A stretch of DNA of 64,000 nt from assembly GCA_021814545.1 (NCBI GenBank), contig JAKAID010000001.1, positions 107,910 to 171,909 on the forward strand. The letters are read 5' to 3'. A program made the position numbers and the translations under genes. Positions 37,108-46,196 of this stretch are shown here, piece by piece. The DNA is from a bacterium (GTDB lineage Bacteria; Patescibacteriota; Minisyncoccia; UBA6257; GWB1-50-10). How positions within the stretch are numbered: position 1 is the stretch's first letter; every line of letters starts with the position of its first letter. The notes beneath the pieces are model-generated. The model was not told the origin of the DNA. It made no database searches and saw nothing but the letters and a program-made list of their open reading frames with translations.

Positions 37108-38325
37108 TTATTGTTTCGCCACCAATTCCGATTCGATAACCTGGAGCGCCTTATCCATCTGCGGGTCGCGCTTCTTCGTGTAATCCTCTTCCGACATTTT
37201 CACTTCAATATCGGGTTTGAGGCCAAGCTTGTCTATCTTCGTGCCGTTCGGCGTATACCAGTGCGCGATCGTTATCTTAATTTCCGCATCATTCGACATC
37301 GTTGTAATTTCCTGTACGCTTCCCTTGCCGAAGGTCTTTTCGCCGATGAGTTTCGCGCCGCGGATATCGCGTATCGCGCCTGCAAGAATTTCCGAGGCGG
37401 ACGCGGAGCCGTTATTTACGAGCACCACGACCGGGATGTTCGCAAGCGCCGCATTGCCGTGCGCCACGAGCGTATCGCCCGCGCCATCGCGTTTCTTCTC
37501 CCGCACTACGACCGAACCATCTTTTAAGAACCACCCCGCAAGATTCGTTGCGACATCAAGGAAACCGCCCGGATTGCTGCGCAAGTCGAGAATGACGCCC
37601 TGCGCTCCGCCCTGGAGCGCCGCAACGGACGCGTTGTAGAAGAGCTGCGGCACGTTCGCATTGAAGTTGTAGAGCTTCATTACCGCCACCTTCTCGCCGG
37701 ACTTCAGCGTTTTTATTTCCGAATCAAGCGTGGGAACCTGAATAATCGCGCGGGTAATTTTATAATCTTTCGCTTCACGCCAGCCATCGCGATAAATGGA
37801 AAGCGTAACCACTGTTCCCGGTTCTCCGCGAATGAGTTTTACCGCCTCCTCAACCGCAAGCCCGGTCGTGTCTTTGCCGTTTATCTTCCAAATCCTATCC
37901 ATGGGGCGCAAGCCTGCCGCCTCCGCGGGGTTGCCCTTAAGCGGCGAAATCACAAGGAGCTGCTCGTCGCGGATGCCTATCTCTGCGCCGATGCCGCCGA
38001 AACTGCCGTTCAAATCATCTTGGAACTTTTTCGCATCACTCGGATTGAAGAACACCGTGTACGAGTCACCGAGCGCTCCCAGCATTCCCTTGATGGCGCC
38101 GTTCATAAGCTGCTCGTCGCTTACGTCTTTAATATCAACATACTTCGCCTTTGCAGTGTCGACCGCCTCCCAAAAGAGATTGAAGTCGGCGTTCAAAAGC
38201 TGACGGCTGTCCGTGATACGGATAGAGTGCGAATAGCCGAAGCGATATCCTCCGTATGCGGCGCCGCCAAGCGCGGCCGCAGCAACAAGAATAAGGGCGC
38301 CGATGGATAAAATGCGTTTTTTCAT
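37108..38325 (-). CDS. S41-family carboxyl-terminal processing peptidase with PDZ domain
   Basis: N-terminal TM, PDZ domain, and S41 catalytic region (..[21 protein letters not shown]..). Confidence 0.85.
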   Translation of the reverse strand: MKKRILSIGALILVAAAALGGAAYGGYRFGYSHSIRITDSRQLLNADFNLFWEAVDTAKAKYVDIKDVSDEQLMNGAIKGMLGALGDSYTVFFNPSDAKKFQDDLNGSFGGIGAEIGIRDEQLLVISPLKGNPAEAAGLRPMDRIWKINGKDTTGLAVEEAVKLIRGEPGTVVTLSIYRDGWREAKDYKITRAIIQVPTLDSEIKTLKSGEKVAVMKLYNFNANVPQLFYNASVAALQGGAQGVILDLRSNPGGFLDVATNLAGWFLKDGSVVVREKKRDGAGDTLVAHGNAALANIPVVVLVNNGSASASEILAGAIRDIRGAKLIGEKTFGKGSVQEITTMSNDAEIKITIAHWYTPNGTKIDKLGLKPDIEVKMSEEDYTKKRDPQMDKALQVIESELVAKQ

Positions 38326-38339
38326 GTGCTGTTATTTAA

Positions 38340-38909
38340 TCAGATTTTCTCCTCCCGCGCCAATCGTACGAGCGAGGAGTATTGCGACCCCGCGGTGCTC
38401 TGTTTTGATTCCCAAAGTTCGAATGCATACTCGTTGCAATGGTTCGCGTGGGCGACCCTAAGCGCGCCGAGCGCCTCTGCGGGCGCCTCAGGAAGCCGCG
38501 CAAGCGTAATGTGGCCGCGGAATGTCTGCACATCATCCCTCCACGCCACGCCACGCGCTTTCAGTTCCGCCGCGAGGCGCTCGCGCAATTTTCCGAAATA
38601 TTCCGAAGAGCGTTTTGAGAGCGTAAGCCATATCATGCGCGGGTGGTGGGGCGGCGCATACGTAATGTCTTCCGTAATGAGCGGCTGCCAATCGAAACCG
38701 TCAAGCGCTGCCTCCATCGCTTCCCGTACGTTCGCTATCATACCGTCATCCTGCGCTCCTAAAAACAGGAGCGTCATATGCCACTTTTCTTTCGGCTCGA
38801 ACCGTATCGCGCTCTCTCCATAACGAGAACGTACGGTATCCAGTTCGCGGTCAACCATGCTAATGACCGCTTCCGGAAGCGTGAGTGCGATGAATAATCG
38901 CCTTTTCAT
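38340..38909 (-). CDS. thpR: RNA 2',3'-cyclic phosphodiesterase (2H phosphoesterase, LigT/ThpR-like)
   Basis: Two H-x-T/S-x motifs (HMTLLFLG; HITLAR). Confidence 0.8.
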   Translation of the reverse strand: MKRRLFIALTLPEAVISMVDRELDTVRSRYGESAIRFEPKEKWHMTLLFLGAQDDGMIANVREAMEAALDGFDWQPLITEDITYAPPHHPRMIWLTLSKRSSEYFGKLRERLAAELKARGVAWRDDVQTFRGHITLARLPEAPAEALGALRVAHANHCNEYAFELWESKQSTAGSQYSSLVRLAREEKI

Positions 38910-38937
38910 TCACCTCATAATACCATACAATAGTGAA

Positions 38938-39219
38938 ATGCCGCCGTTCGATGCGAATTACCTCAAGGCCTTGCGCGAACGGGCGCACACGAGCAGAATA
39001 TACCGCAAATATCAGCTCACCGGCATCTCCCTTGCGGGGATACTGGGGGACGAGGAGCACAAGGCTCTCTATATCAAACTCGCAAAAATGCACGACGCGG
39101 ACAAGCTCCTTACGCTCGCCCGGCGCATTGCAGACATGAAGCGCGTAAAGAACAAGGGCGCCTACTTCATGCGGGTATTCTTTTCAAAAGATGACAAAGC
39201 CGATAGTCACCGTAACTAA
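38938..39219 (+). CDS. hypothetical small protein (93 aa) overlapping the def start
   Basis: ORF with no recognisable motif; overlaps the def start by 29 nt. Confidence 0.3.
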   Translation: MPPFDANYLKALRERAHTSRIYRKYQLTGISLAGILGDEEHKALYIKLAKMHDADKLLTLARRIADMKRVKNKGAYFMRVFFSKDDKADSHRN

Positions 39220-39694
39220 AAAAGAAGATGAGCGCTTTCTCCGCACCAAAACGGAGGCGTTTGATTTTTCGAATTACAAAAAAAGAGAACTGCAGGAAAT
39301 CGTGCGGTCCATGCGCGAAACCATGAAAAAGGCGAATGGCGTAGGCTTGAGTGCCAACCAAATCGGCCGTAATGAGCGGTTTTTCGTGGCGCAGGTCCCT
39401 GACACGCAGGGCCGGCAGCACTTTTATGCGATTTTCAACCCCGTTATTACAAAAACTTCGGACGATATGGAGACCATCGAGGAGGGATGCCTCAGCGTCC
39501 CCGATGTGTACGGGCCGACACCGCGCCACTACCGCGTCACGCTCGAGGGGCTCGATATCCACGAACGAAAGGTAAAAATAAGGGCGTGGGGCCTTCTTGC
39601 GCGCGTCTTCCAGCACGAAGTGGACCACTTAAACGGCGGGCTCTTCCTCGACAAAGCCCGTTCGGTCACTAAACTTCTTCCTAAAGAAAAATAG
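39191..39694 (+). CDS. def: peptide deformylase
   Basis: GVGLSANQIG, EGCLSVP and HEVDHLNG motifs. Confidence 0.95.
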   Translation: MTKPIVTVTKKEDERFLRTKTEAFDFSNYKKRELQEIVRSMRETMKKANGVGLSANQIGRNERFFVAQVPDTQGRQHFYAIFNPVITKTSDDMETIEEGCLSVPDVYGPTPRHYRVTLEGLDIHERKVKIRAWGLLARVFQHEVDHLNGGLFLDKARSVTKLLPKEK

Positions 39695-39702
39695 CCAACT
39701 AA

Positions 39703-40560
39703 ATGAAGTACGCGTTCTTCGGCTCTCCGGAATTCGCCGCTATCATCCTCGAGCGGCTCATCGGTGCGGATATGCCCCCCGCGCTTTTGGTGTGCAACCC
39801 CGACAGACCCGTCGGGCGAAAGAAAATCCTCACCGCTCCCGCCGCGAAACAAAGCGTGCTCGCGCAAGACGAATCCGTGCGCGAACGGATTGAAGTGGCA
39901 CAGCCCGAAAAGCCGAAAGAAATCGAAGAGATGCTCCGCAAGGGAAATTTCGACCTTTTTATCGTTGCCGCGTACGGAAATATTATTCCCAAGTCAGTAC
40001 TCTCCATCCCCCGCCTCGGCACCGTGGGCGTGCACCCCTCGCTCCTCCCCAAATTCCGCGGCGCGACGCCCATTCAATCCGCACTTATCTCGGGCGAGGA
40101 ACAGACCGGCGTCTCCCTTTTCGTCGTGGACGAAAAAGTGGACCACGGCGCCATTTTGAACATGGAAACACTCGAGGAATCGTTGCATGCAATGAACTAC
40201 GCGACGCTCCACGACGCGCTGGCCCGCCTCGGTGCCGATATGCTTATAAAAACACTGCCCCGCATTGAGCGGGCACTTGAAGACGCACTCCCGCAAAACG
40301 AGTCCGCGGCGACCTTCACGAAAAAATTCGAGAGCCAGGACGGCTTCGTTGACGAAAAAGACCTTGAGGCGGCCACCTCGGGCGCAAACAAAGCAAAGGC
40401 TATCGAACTCGACCGGAAAATCCGTGCCCTAAACCCCGAGCCTGGCGTATACACCATAAAAGACGGCGTGCGCACGAAGCTCCTTGAGGCGGATATTATT
40501 GACGGGAAATTAGTGCTCCGCGTTATCCAGGTCGCAGGCAAAACTCCAAAGGCTCTCTAA
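39703..40560 (+). CDS. fmt: methionyl-tRNA formyltransferase
   Basis: MKYAFFGSPEFAAIILERL.. N-terminal formyltransferase domain (SLLP motif: HPSLLPKFRGATPIQ) and C-terminal domain. Confidence 0.9.
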   Translation: MKYAFFGSPEFAAIILERLIGADMPPALLVCNPDRPVGRKKILTAPAAKQSVLAQDESVRERIEVAQPEKPKEIEEMLRKGNFDLFIVAAYGNIIPKSVLSIPRLGTVGVHPSLLPKFRGATPIQSALISGEEQTGVSLFVVDEKVDHGAILNMETLEESLHAMNYATLHDALARLGADMLIKTLPRIERALEDALPQNESAATFTKKFESQDGFVDEKDLEAATSGANKAKAIELDRKIRALNPEPGVYTIKDGVRTKLLEADIIDGKLVLRVIQVAGKTPKAL

Positions 40561-40656
40561 CACTCTTGGCTCACTACGCCACATTGACAATGTGCTATTT
40601 TTTTGCTATTTTATTTTACGAACCTTAACAACCTATCGCTATACAAGGAGACGAGA

Positions 40657-41826
40657 ATGCGACTCGTGAATCTGAAGGTGGCGGCGGTGGCGCTTGCGTG
40701 TACTGCCCTGTCGGCGCGTGCCGACGAGGGAATGACGTTCAAGTTCGGCTACTCGCCGAACGAGAAGTACTCCTGGGCATCCCCTCGGAGTGCCGTTGGC
40801 GCCTACGACGTGCTCGCGACGAGCATCGACCGCTACTTCGGCCACTCCCCGCTCGCGCGGGGTACCACGATGGTGCTCGATGAGTTCGTTGGGTTTCACC
40901 TCAGCCAATTCGGCCACGAGTACGGGGGCCACGCTGAAGCGTTCTACGAGACAACGGGGCGGACCGCCTCGGTGACGCTCGGGCTCTTCAACCAGAGCCA
41001 CACGGACGCCTGGATCGATGGTAACGACCGCGAGGCGCTCCGAAAGTTCTGCAATGAGGGCGGCAGGGTTATCCTCACCGTGGCAGGCCTCAACTACCAG
41101 ATGCACGTCGGCGAGCTTCTCTCGCGGCGTATGCTCGGCAAGGAGGTCTACGCGCGCGAGCATCTCATGAGGCTCACGAACGACCTCGCACTCCTCGCCT
41201 ACATGATTCCCACGGCGCGCCCGCACGGGAGCACGGCGGCGGCCAAGGGGGACCTCACGGACTTCATGGGCAGCGTGACCGGTCCGCAGCTCCACCGCGT
41301 GAACAGGCTCTACAACCAGCTCTACGCGGGTGCTGCCTGGCAGGCGCTCGGCTCGTGGGTCGACTTCTACGGTGCGGGCATCTACCTGCTCTACGGAGAC
41401 CGGCTCGTGATGCCGAGAAACTGGGTGAGGCCCGAGACCATCCTCACGCCCTACGGCGTGGAATATGGGCTTATGGCCTCATTCCTCGACATCCCGGGGC
41501 TCGGCGAGAGCGCGATGCACTTCTTCGTGGGCGGCGGCGAGAGCTTGAGCGCCGACTCGAAGAACATGCTCCGCATGAAGACCGAGCTCGACGGCTTCGT
41601 GCTTCCGAACATCGGCACCAAGGTCAGCCTTGGCGTCGAGTACTATCGGAACAGCGCGGAGGGGTTCGCCTTCCGCGCTGAGGCCATCCAGCCGCTCACG
41701 AAGCGCGTGGGTCTCGGCTTTGAGGCGCGGGTGAAGCCCTTCCGCGGGTTCAGCGCCGACTTCGTCACCCTGCCGAACCAGGCCTGGAGCGCGCGTTACA
41801 CCGTACTCCTCGCCGTCACCCCGTAG
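40657..41826 (+). CDS. hypothetical secreted protein, very high GC3 (compositionally atypical); signal peptide
   Basis: Strong SD (AAGGAG) 7 nt upstream. Signal peptide MRLVNLKVAAVALACTALSARA. The C-terminal third shows alternating hydrophobic beta-strand-like segments. ~66% GC versus ~57% in flanking genes. Confidence 0.6.
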   Translation: MRLVNLKVAAVALACTALSARADEGMTFKFGYSPNEKYSWASPRSAVGAYDVLATSIDRYFGHSPLARGTTMVLDEFVGFHLSQFGHEYGGHAEAFYETTGRTASVTLGLFNQSHTDAWIDGNDREALRKFCNEGGRVILTVAGLNYQMHVGELLSRRMLGKEVYAREHLMRLTNDLALLAYMIPTARPHGSTAAAKGDLTDFMGSVTGPQLHRVNRLYNQLYAGAAWQALGSWVDFYGAGIYLLYGDRLVMPRNWVRPETILTPYGVEYGLMASFLDIPGLGESAMHFFVGGGESLSADSKNMLRMKTELDGFVLPNIGTKVSLGVEYYRNSAEGFAFRAEAIQPLTKRVGLGFEARVKPFRGFSADFVTLPNQAWSARYTVLLAVTP

Positions 41827-41833
41827 CACACAA

Positions 41834-41863
41834 CCCCGTGGTTCATACCGCGGGGTTTTTATT
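41834..41863. terminator. bidirectional terminator (CCCCGTGG..CCGCGGGG 8-bp stem plus T5ATTT)
   Basis: Seen in sequence. Confidence 0.65.
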
Positions 41864-41968
41864 TACAACGTTTTGAACATCGCCACCTCTGGCCAAAACA
41901 GTATGCCAAACAAGACAATGGTAATGCCGATGAGCCAGAGCCAAAGGTGCGAATGGGGGTGCTTCATA

Positions 41969-42334
41969 TTATTCTCCAAAAAGATGGAAGTGACGAACGG
42001 TGAAAATATAGGCGCCAGCGAGAATGAAAAAGGCGAGCAACCCTGCCAGAATGGCATATTTCGAACCAAGCCTTGGGGCGAGATATGCCACAAGGAGCAT
42101 ATACGGCACCCATGAAACGAGGGTGCCGAGGAGCACGAACCATGCGTGCTCCCCGACCGCCGCGCCACCCCTTGATTCGCCGATAAATAAGTAGGCAACG
42201 AGGGTAAAAACAGGCACCAATGTAGCGAACCCCGAGAGGAGCCGCGAGCCGTTCTCCTCAAGCGCTACAATGGCAACGGTAAAGATGCCGCCCGTGAGGA
42301 AGTAGATGAGATAATTTTTAAGCGTTGCCCACAT
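41969..42334 (-). CDS. hypothetical polytopic membrane protein (4 TM)
   Basis: Consistently hydrophobic helices. A 34-codon hydrophobic ORF (41863-41967) follows and may be a small membrane peptide. Confidence 0.5.
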   Translation of the reverse strand: MWATLKNYLIYFLTGGIFTVAIVALEENGSRLLSGFATLVPVFTLVAYLFIGESRGGAAVGEHAWFVLLGTLVSWVPYMLLVAYLAPRLGSKYAILAGLLAFFILAGAYIFTVRHFHLFGE

Positions 42335-42335
42335 T

Positions 42336-42992
42336 TTAATTTTTCACACATGTTCCGCCCACATCACCGAACGGCAGCAGGACACCGGCAGCGGGCGCAC
42401 AATGAAATCCGTCAGTACATATCGGCGCGCCCAACATGTTTCCTCCGCAGCGCATCCCCTCGCCTACGACTGCGCGTGACTGCACGAGGTTGGCGCCCTG
42501 AATTTTCAAATATTTACTCACGCCTATCGAGGGCTGCACCGCCATCGGGTCTTTCGGCGCCCGGTCGGCGTAATTCACGATGATCTCTCCGTTCCTGAAC
42601 TCTATCGTTTGCGGCGCAACCCGATCGCCGAGCAAAATGGCATTCGTGCCCGAGTATCCGCTCGCCGTTCCCAGCGCTGCCGTTACGTAGAAAAACGTGC
42701 CGCTCCCTCCGCCTGTTTGCGTCATAATAAATGCCACGTCCTGCCTGCCGTCGCCATTGAAGTCACCCACTGCCTCATTTCCGAAAAACTGCGTTACGGT
42801 TTTTGAGGCCGAACCAGGCGCACTCTCCTCCTCCGCGGAGCCGTTCACAAGCGTTACGAGCTTGCCATCTATTTTGTAGGCGGCGTTCTTGTAATCCGTA
42901 ATGATTACTCTCGGCTTTGCCTTTGTGTTTACGAGTGCAAGAAGCGCAACGCAGACGACGAGTAACCCGATTATTATTGAGTATTTTTTCAT
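42336..42992 (-). CDS. hypothetical secreted protein with C-terminal Cys-rich module
   Basis: Signal peptide/TM (IIIGLLVVCVALLALV), Gly-rich beta region, and a C-terminal cysteine cluster (RCGGNMLGAPICTDGFHCAPAAG..GGTCV). Confidence 0.5.
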   Translation of the reverse strand: MKKYSIIIGLLVVCVALLALVNTKAKPRVIITDYKNAAYKIDGKLVTLVNGSAEEESAPGSASKTVTQFFGNEAVGDFNGDGRQDVAFIMTQTGGGSGTFFYVTAALGTASGYSGTNAILLGDRVAPQTIEFRNGEIIVNYADRAPKDPMAVQPSIGVSKYLKIQGANLVQSRAVVGEGMRCGGNMLGAPICTDGFHCAPAAGVLLPFGDVGGTCVKN

Positions 42993-43030
42993 GCGATTAG
43001 TGTTTATGCCTTATTCAGTATACCAAAAAA

Positions 43031-43279
43031 TCACGCCTTCCCGTGCTTTACCAGCTCGAGCTTCCTCTCCCTCTTCCAGCTCTTGATTTCCGCCTCCCGT
43101 TTTGATGCTTTTGAGCGGTTCTTGTGCTTTTCGGCGTAGAGAAGCTTCACAACCCTATGCGCACGGGTATATTTCGCGCCCTTCTTCGCGGCATGCTCTT
43201 CAAACCTGCGCGCCACATCGGTCGTGAGCCCTGTATAGATACTCCCGCCCTCGCATTCTATAAGATAGACGAAGTACAC
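43031..43279 (-). CDS. GIY-YIG nuclease-family small protein (UPF0213/YhbQ-like)
   Basis: MYFVYLIECEGGSIYTGLTTDVARRFEEH..R.WK GIY-YIG core. Confidence 0.8.
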   Translation of the reverse strand: MYFVYLIECEGGSIYTGLTTDVARRFEEHAAKKGAKYTRAHRVVKLLYAEKHKNRSKASKREAEIKSWKRERKLELVKHGKA

Positions 43280-43389
43280 TATTTAGATTTTAACAAAACC
43301 GGTTCGGCGACAGATTGAACTCACCTTGGGCCCGGCCGCCTCAATGGTTGTTATGCCTAGACAGTGAAAGGGATCGGTGATAAAATAGT

Positions 43390-44454
43390 ATGGTGAAAAC
43401 CTCACACAAGCTCCTGCTCCAAGACGCGCGAAATTTGATTGGAATCAAGTCCGAAAGCGTGGATCTTGTTGTTACGTCTCCGCCATACCCAATGATCCAA
43501 ATGTGGGATGCGGTTTTTTCAGAATTAAATCCAGCTATTGCCGCCGCGTTGAAAGAGGAAAATGGAAATTTGGCATTTGAGCTCATGCATAAGGAGCTCG
43601 ACAGCACATGGAGAGAAATTTTCCGTGTTTTAAAAGATGGCGGCATTGCCTGCATAAATATTGGAGATTCCACCCGAACAATCGGGGGGAAATTTCAATT
43701 GTTCCCAAACCATTCGCGCATTTCAAAATCTTGTTTTGAAATTGGCTTCCATTGTCTCCCTGAAATCTTATGGCGCAAACAGACAAACGCCCCTAATAAA
43801 TTCATGGGGTCGGGAATGCTGCCCGTAGGAGCCTACGTGACTTTGGAGCATGAGTATATTTTAGTTTTGCGCAAAAATGGAAAACGCTTGTTTAATACAG
43901 AAAATGAAAAGAATCTTCGGCAAGAAAGTGCCTTTTTTTGGGAGGAGAGGAATCAATGGTTCTCCGATGTATGGGCAGACGTCAAGGGAGTTTTTCAAAA
44001 GCAGCACCAAAATGAAACCGATCGAAGAAGTGCCGCGTATCCAATAGAAATACCCTATCGTTTAATAAATATGTTTTCTTTGAAAGGAGATGTGGTTCTC
44101 GACCCGTATCTTGGCACCGGCACAACAATGGCGGCAGCCGTAATCGCAGAAAGAAATAGCATCGGGCTTGAAATTGATAAAAAATTTGCGAATGTGATCG
44201 TCAATAAAATTAAGGATGTTCCGCAAAATTATAACGGAGCTGCCAAAAAGCGACTCGAGAAGCACTTAAAGTTCGTCCAGGAGAGACAGGAAGAGAAAGG
44301 AGTCTCCGTTTTCAAATACACGAATAAAAACTACAAGCTCCCGGTAATGACTCGGCAGGAAACCGAAATCTTTTTTAGAGAGCCCACGAAAGTCAATCAA
44401 AAAAAGGAGGCTAACACTTTTGAAGTTGAATACAAAGAGTTCCGGATTAAATAG
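43390..44454 (+). CDS. DNA methyltransferase, beta-class N4-cytosine/N6-adenine family (motif IV SPPY before motif I)
   Basis: DLVVTSPPYP (motif IV) near the N-terminus and VLDPYLGTGTTMAAA (motif I) near the C-terminus; ~38% GC versus ~57% flanks. Confidence 0.85.
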   Translation: MVKTSHKLLLQDARNLIGIKSESVDLVVTSPPYPMIQMWDAVFSELNPAIAAALKEENGNLAFELMHKELDSTWREIFRVLKDGGIACINIGDSTRTIGGKFQLFPNHSRISKSCFEIGFHCLPEILWRKQTNAPNKFMGSGMLPVGAYVTLEHEYILVLRKNGKRLFNTENEKNLRQESAFFWEERNQWFSDVWADVKGVFQKQHQNETDRRSAAYPIEIPYRLINMFSLKGDVVLDPYLGTGTTMAAAVIAERNSIGLEIDKKFANVIVNKIKDVPQNYNGAAKKRLEKHLKFVQERQEEKGVSVFKYTNKNYKLPVMTRQETEIFFREPTKVNQKKEANTFEVEYKEFRIK

Positions 44455-45042
44455 CTAAGAGTCAAACTCGATAACTATTCCATCCTTTTTCTTCTCGTAA
44501 TATACGATTCTGTAGTTAATGCTTTCAGGGAGCGCCGCCTTAGTCTTATAGGTTGTGGGCTTTATGCTGACCGGATCATTACCCACATATCCGTCTATCC
44601 CCCGCGATTCTTCTTCCGGAGTCGCGAGTCTGTAGTTTTCTCCAACGTCTTCTGCAATCCTTTTTATGATCGCCTCTTGGAATTTTAACCCCGCAAATGT
44701 TTTAACAATAACGAGATCGGTAACCCACTCTCTAATCATATCTTTGTTGATCTTCCCAATAGAGTCCTTCAATTTCTCAACCATATCGGAAATTTTTTCT
44801 ATTGCCCGTTCAATCCCATCGGGTTCTTTACCCTTGTACCACTTCTCCCAATTTTTGAGCCCCCCTCCCTTAAATTCTTTAATTAGCTCACTCAGCTGCC
44901 CAACAACCGATGGACGCGTACCTTGAGCATTCTGATTGGCCAAGTTCAGGATCTGCGTTGAATATTTCGGAAAAGAGGGGCTACCGCCCGACAAGAGCTG
45001 CGCAATTTCTTTGTTCGATATTTTGATTTTCTTTAAAGCCAT
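44455..45042 (-). CDS. candidate restriction endonuclease cognate to the adjacent methyltransferase (195 aa, family unassigned)
   Basis: Convergent and abutting tail-to-tail with the MTase (stop codons adjacent), same AT-rich composition, acidic/Lys-rich. No confidently recognised catalytic motif. Confidence 0.4.
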   Translation of the reverse strand: MALKKIKISNKEIAQLLSGGSPSFPKYSTQILNLANQNAQGTRPSVVGQLSELIKEFKGGGLKNWEKWYKGKEPDGIERAIEKISDMVEKLKDSIGKINKDMIREWVTDLVIVKTFAGLKFQEAIIKRIAEDVGENYRLATPEEESRGIDGYVGNDPVSIKPTTYKTKAALPESINYRIVYYEKKKDGIVIEFDS

Positions 45043-45158
45043 GGATTCGGGTCTGCGCCAATCGCTTTGCGTGTTTTCCCCTGGTTATATTTGTAGGTAA
45101 TTCTATCCCTGATATAACTTCCTGTAAAACAGTTTTTCTCGGGCCGGATTCTAACCGA

Positions 45159-45187
45159 TTGAAAAAAAGGCTGGGATGGGGTATAAT
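45159..45187 (+). promoter_or_regulatory. sigma70-like promoter for tRNA-Gln (TTGAAA-17-TATAAT)
   Basis: Near-consensus hexamers 10 nt upstream of the tRNA 5' end. Confidence 0.55.
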
Positions 45188-45197
45188 TGCTTTTAAT

Positions 45198-45268
45198 TGC
45201 GGGATCGTCTAATGGTAGGACGCCTGACTCTGAATCAGGTAATCTTGGTTCGAATCCAGGTCCCGCAG
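45198..45268 (+). tRNA. tRNA-Gln(CUG)
   Basis: Acceptor TGCGGGA/TCCCGCA, anticodon stem CCTGA/TCAGG with loop CTCTGAA, T-loop TTCGAAT, discriminator G; no encoded CCA. Confidence 0.85.
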
Positions 45269-45373
45269 CAAAAAACGGAAGCAACCGCCTCCCAGTTTCA
45301 CTCACTCCGCTTGACCATAGGACTGAGGACTCTGAATTCACTGCTTGGCGAAATTCACCCTCCCCAACTCAGA

Positions 45374-46150
45374 ATGAAACGAAAAGAATTAGTAAATCAA
45401 ACGGAAGGAGCGTATTTACGTAAGGATTATCTTGAGGCCTTTGTAATTCAAAGTGCATATATTGAGAGTATTTTAAGAGAATTTATAAGCAATAAATTCC
45501 ATCAGCATCTCTCTGATGGTCTTTGTCAGTCTTGTGAATTTATGAACGCAGTACGAAAAAAGGTTATTGGAATTTCATTGCACGGTCTGATTGAATTGCT
45601 ATACGAGGGTAAATATATCGACTCGGGACAGAAAGCAAAAATGCAAGTATACAAAAATAGACGAAATAATATTTTGCATGAATTGCTCAAACATATTTCT
45701 AATCCAACTTTTGAAAAAGAGCTTTCTGCCGCCTACGAAGCCGGTAAGGAAGTTTTAGATGATAAAAGGCTTAAATGGATCGAGGAATTAATTGACGCAA
45801 GAGAAGAACATAATATTCTTAATGGTAAAATTATTCAGGAATCGCTTACTGATTTCTCGATAATAAATAAATTTACCGCTATGGGATATAGTCTTATTCA
45901 AAAAGAAAATCCAGCGGATAATTTACACGAATATCACGTACTCGCAGTTAATGACTGGCTTCCACTCCTCCAAAAATATCTCAAAGAGGGATGGTTTGCA
46001 TATTTTTGGAATGAAACTAAATTAAAAATTGTATTTTCAAGTAAGATATTTGAAGTTGACCCCCATCGAGAAGAAACCTGGAAGTCGGCGATAGATTATG
46101 GCTTATCAAAGCAAATCCCTATAGAAATGCTTAAGTTTCCCATGAAATAG
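45374..46150 (+). CDS. hypothetical AT-rich protein with HEPN-like R-x4-H motif (candidate abortive-infection/RNase-type defense protein)
   Basis: ~31% GC. All-helical N-terminal ~110 aa ending in YKNRRNNILHELLKH (R-N-x3-H). Start trimmed to 45374 because the longer ORF runs through tRNA-Gln. Confidence 0.5.
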   Translation: MKRKELVNQTEGAYLRKDYLEAFVIQSAYIESILREFISNKFHQHLSDGLCQSCEFMNAVRKKVIGISLHGLIELLYEGKYIDSGQKAKMQVYKNRRNNILHELLKHISNPTFEKELSAAYEAGKEVLDDKRLKWIEELIDAREEHNILNGKIIQESLTDFSIINKFTAMGYSLIQKENPADNLHEYHVLAVNDWLPLLQKYLKEGWFAYFWNETKLKIVFSSKIFEVDPHREETWKSAIDYGLSKQIPIEMLKFPMK

Positions 46151-46173
46151 CCCGATATATTGCCCAAACAAAA

Positions 46174-46196
46174 ACACGCCATTATGGCGTGTTTTT
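46174..46196. terminator. bidirectional terminator (ACACGCC-ATTA-GGCGTGT plus T5, A5 upstream)
   Basis: Seen in sequence. Confidence 0.65.

Noticed and set aside
41863-41967. 34-codon hydrophobic ORF after the membrane protein gene
   Set aside because: Plausible small membrane peptide, but it is too short to support without conservation evidence; mentioned under the 41969-42334 feature only.
43280-43390. searched for a tRNA-derived direct repeat (att site) at the left edge of the AT-rich islet
   Set aside because: The segment ..GGTTCGGCGACAGATTGAACTC.. has only vague resemblance to a T-arm and does not match the tRNA-Gln 3' end; no convincing direct repeat was found by eye.
45197-46150. 317-aa version of the AT-rich ORF
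   Set aside because: Its first 59 codons overlap tRNA-Gln and its promoter; the start was moved to 45374.
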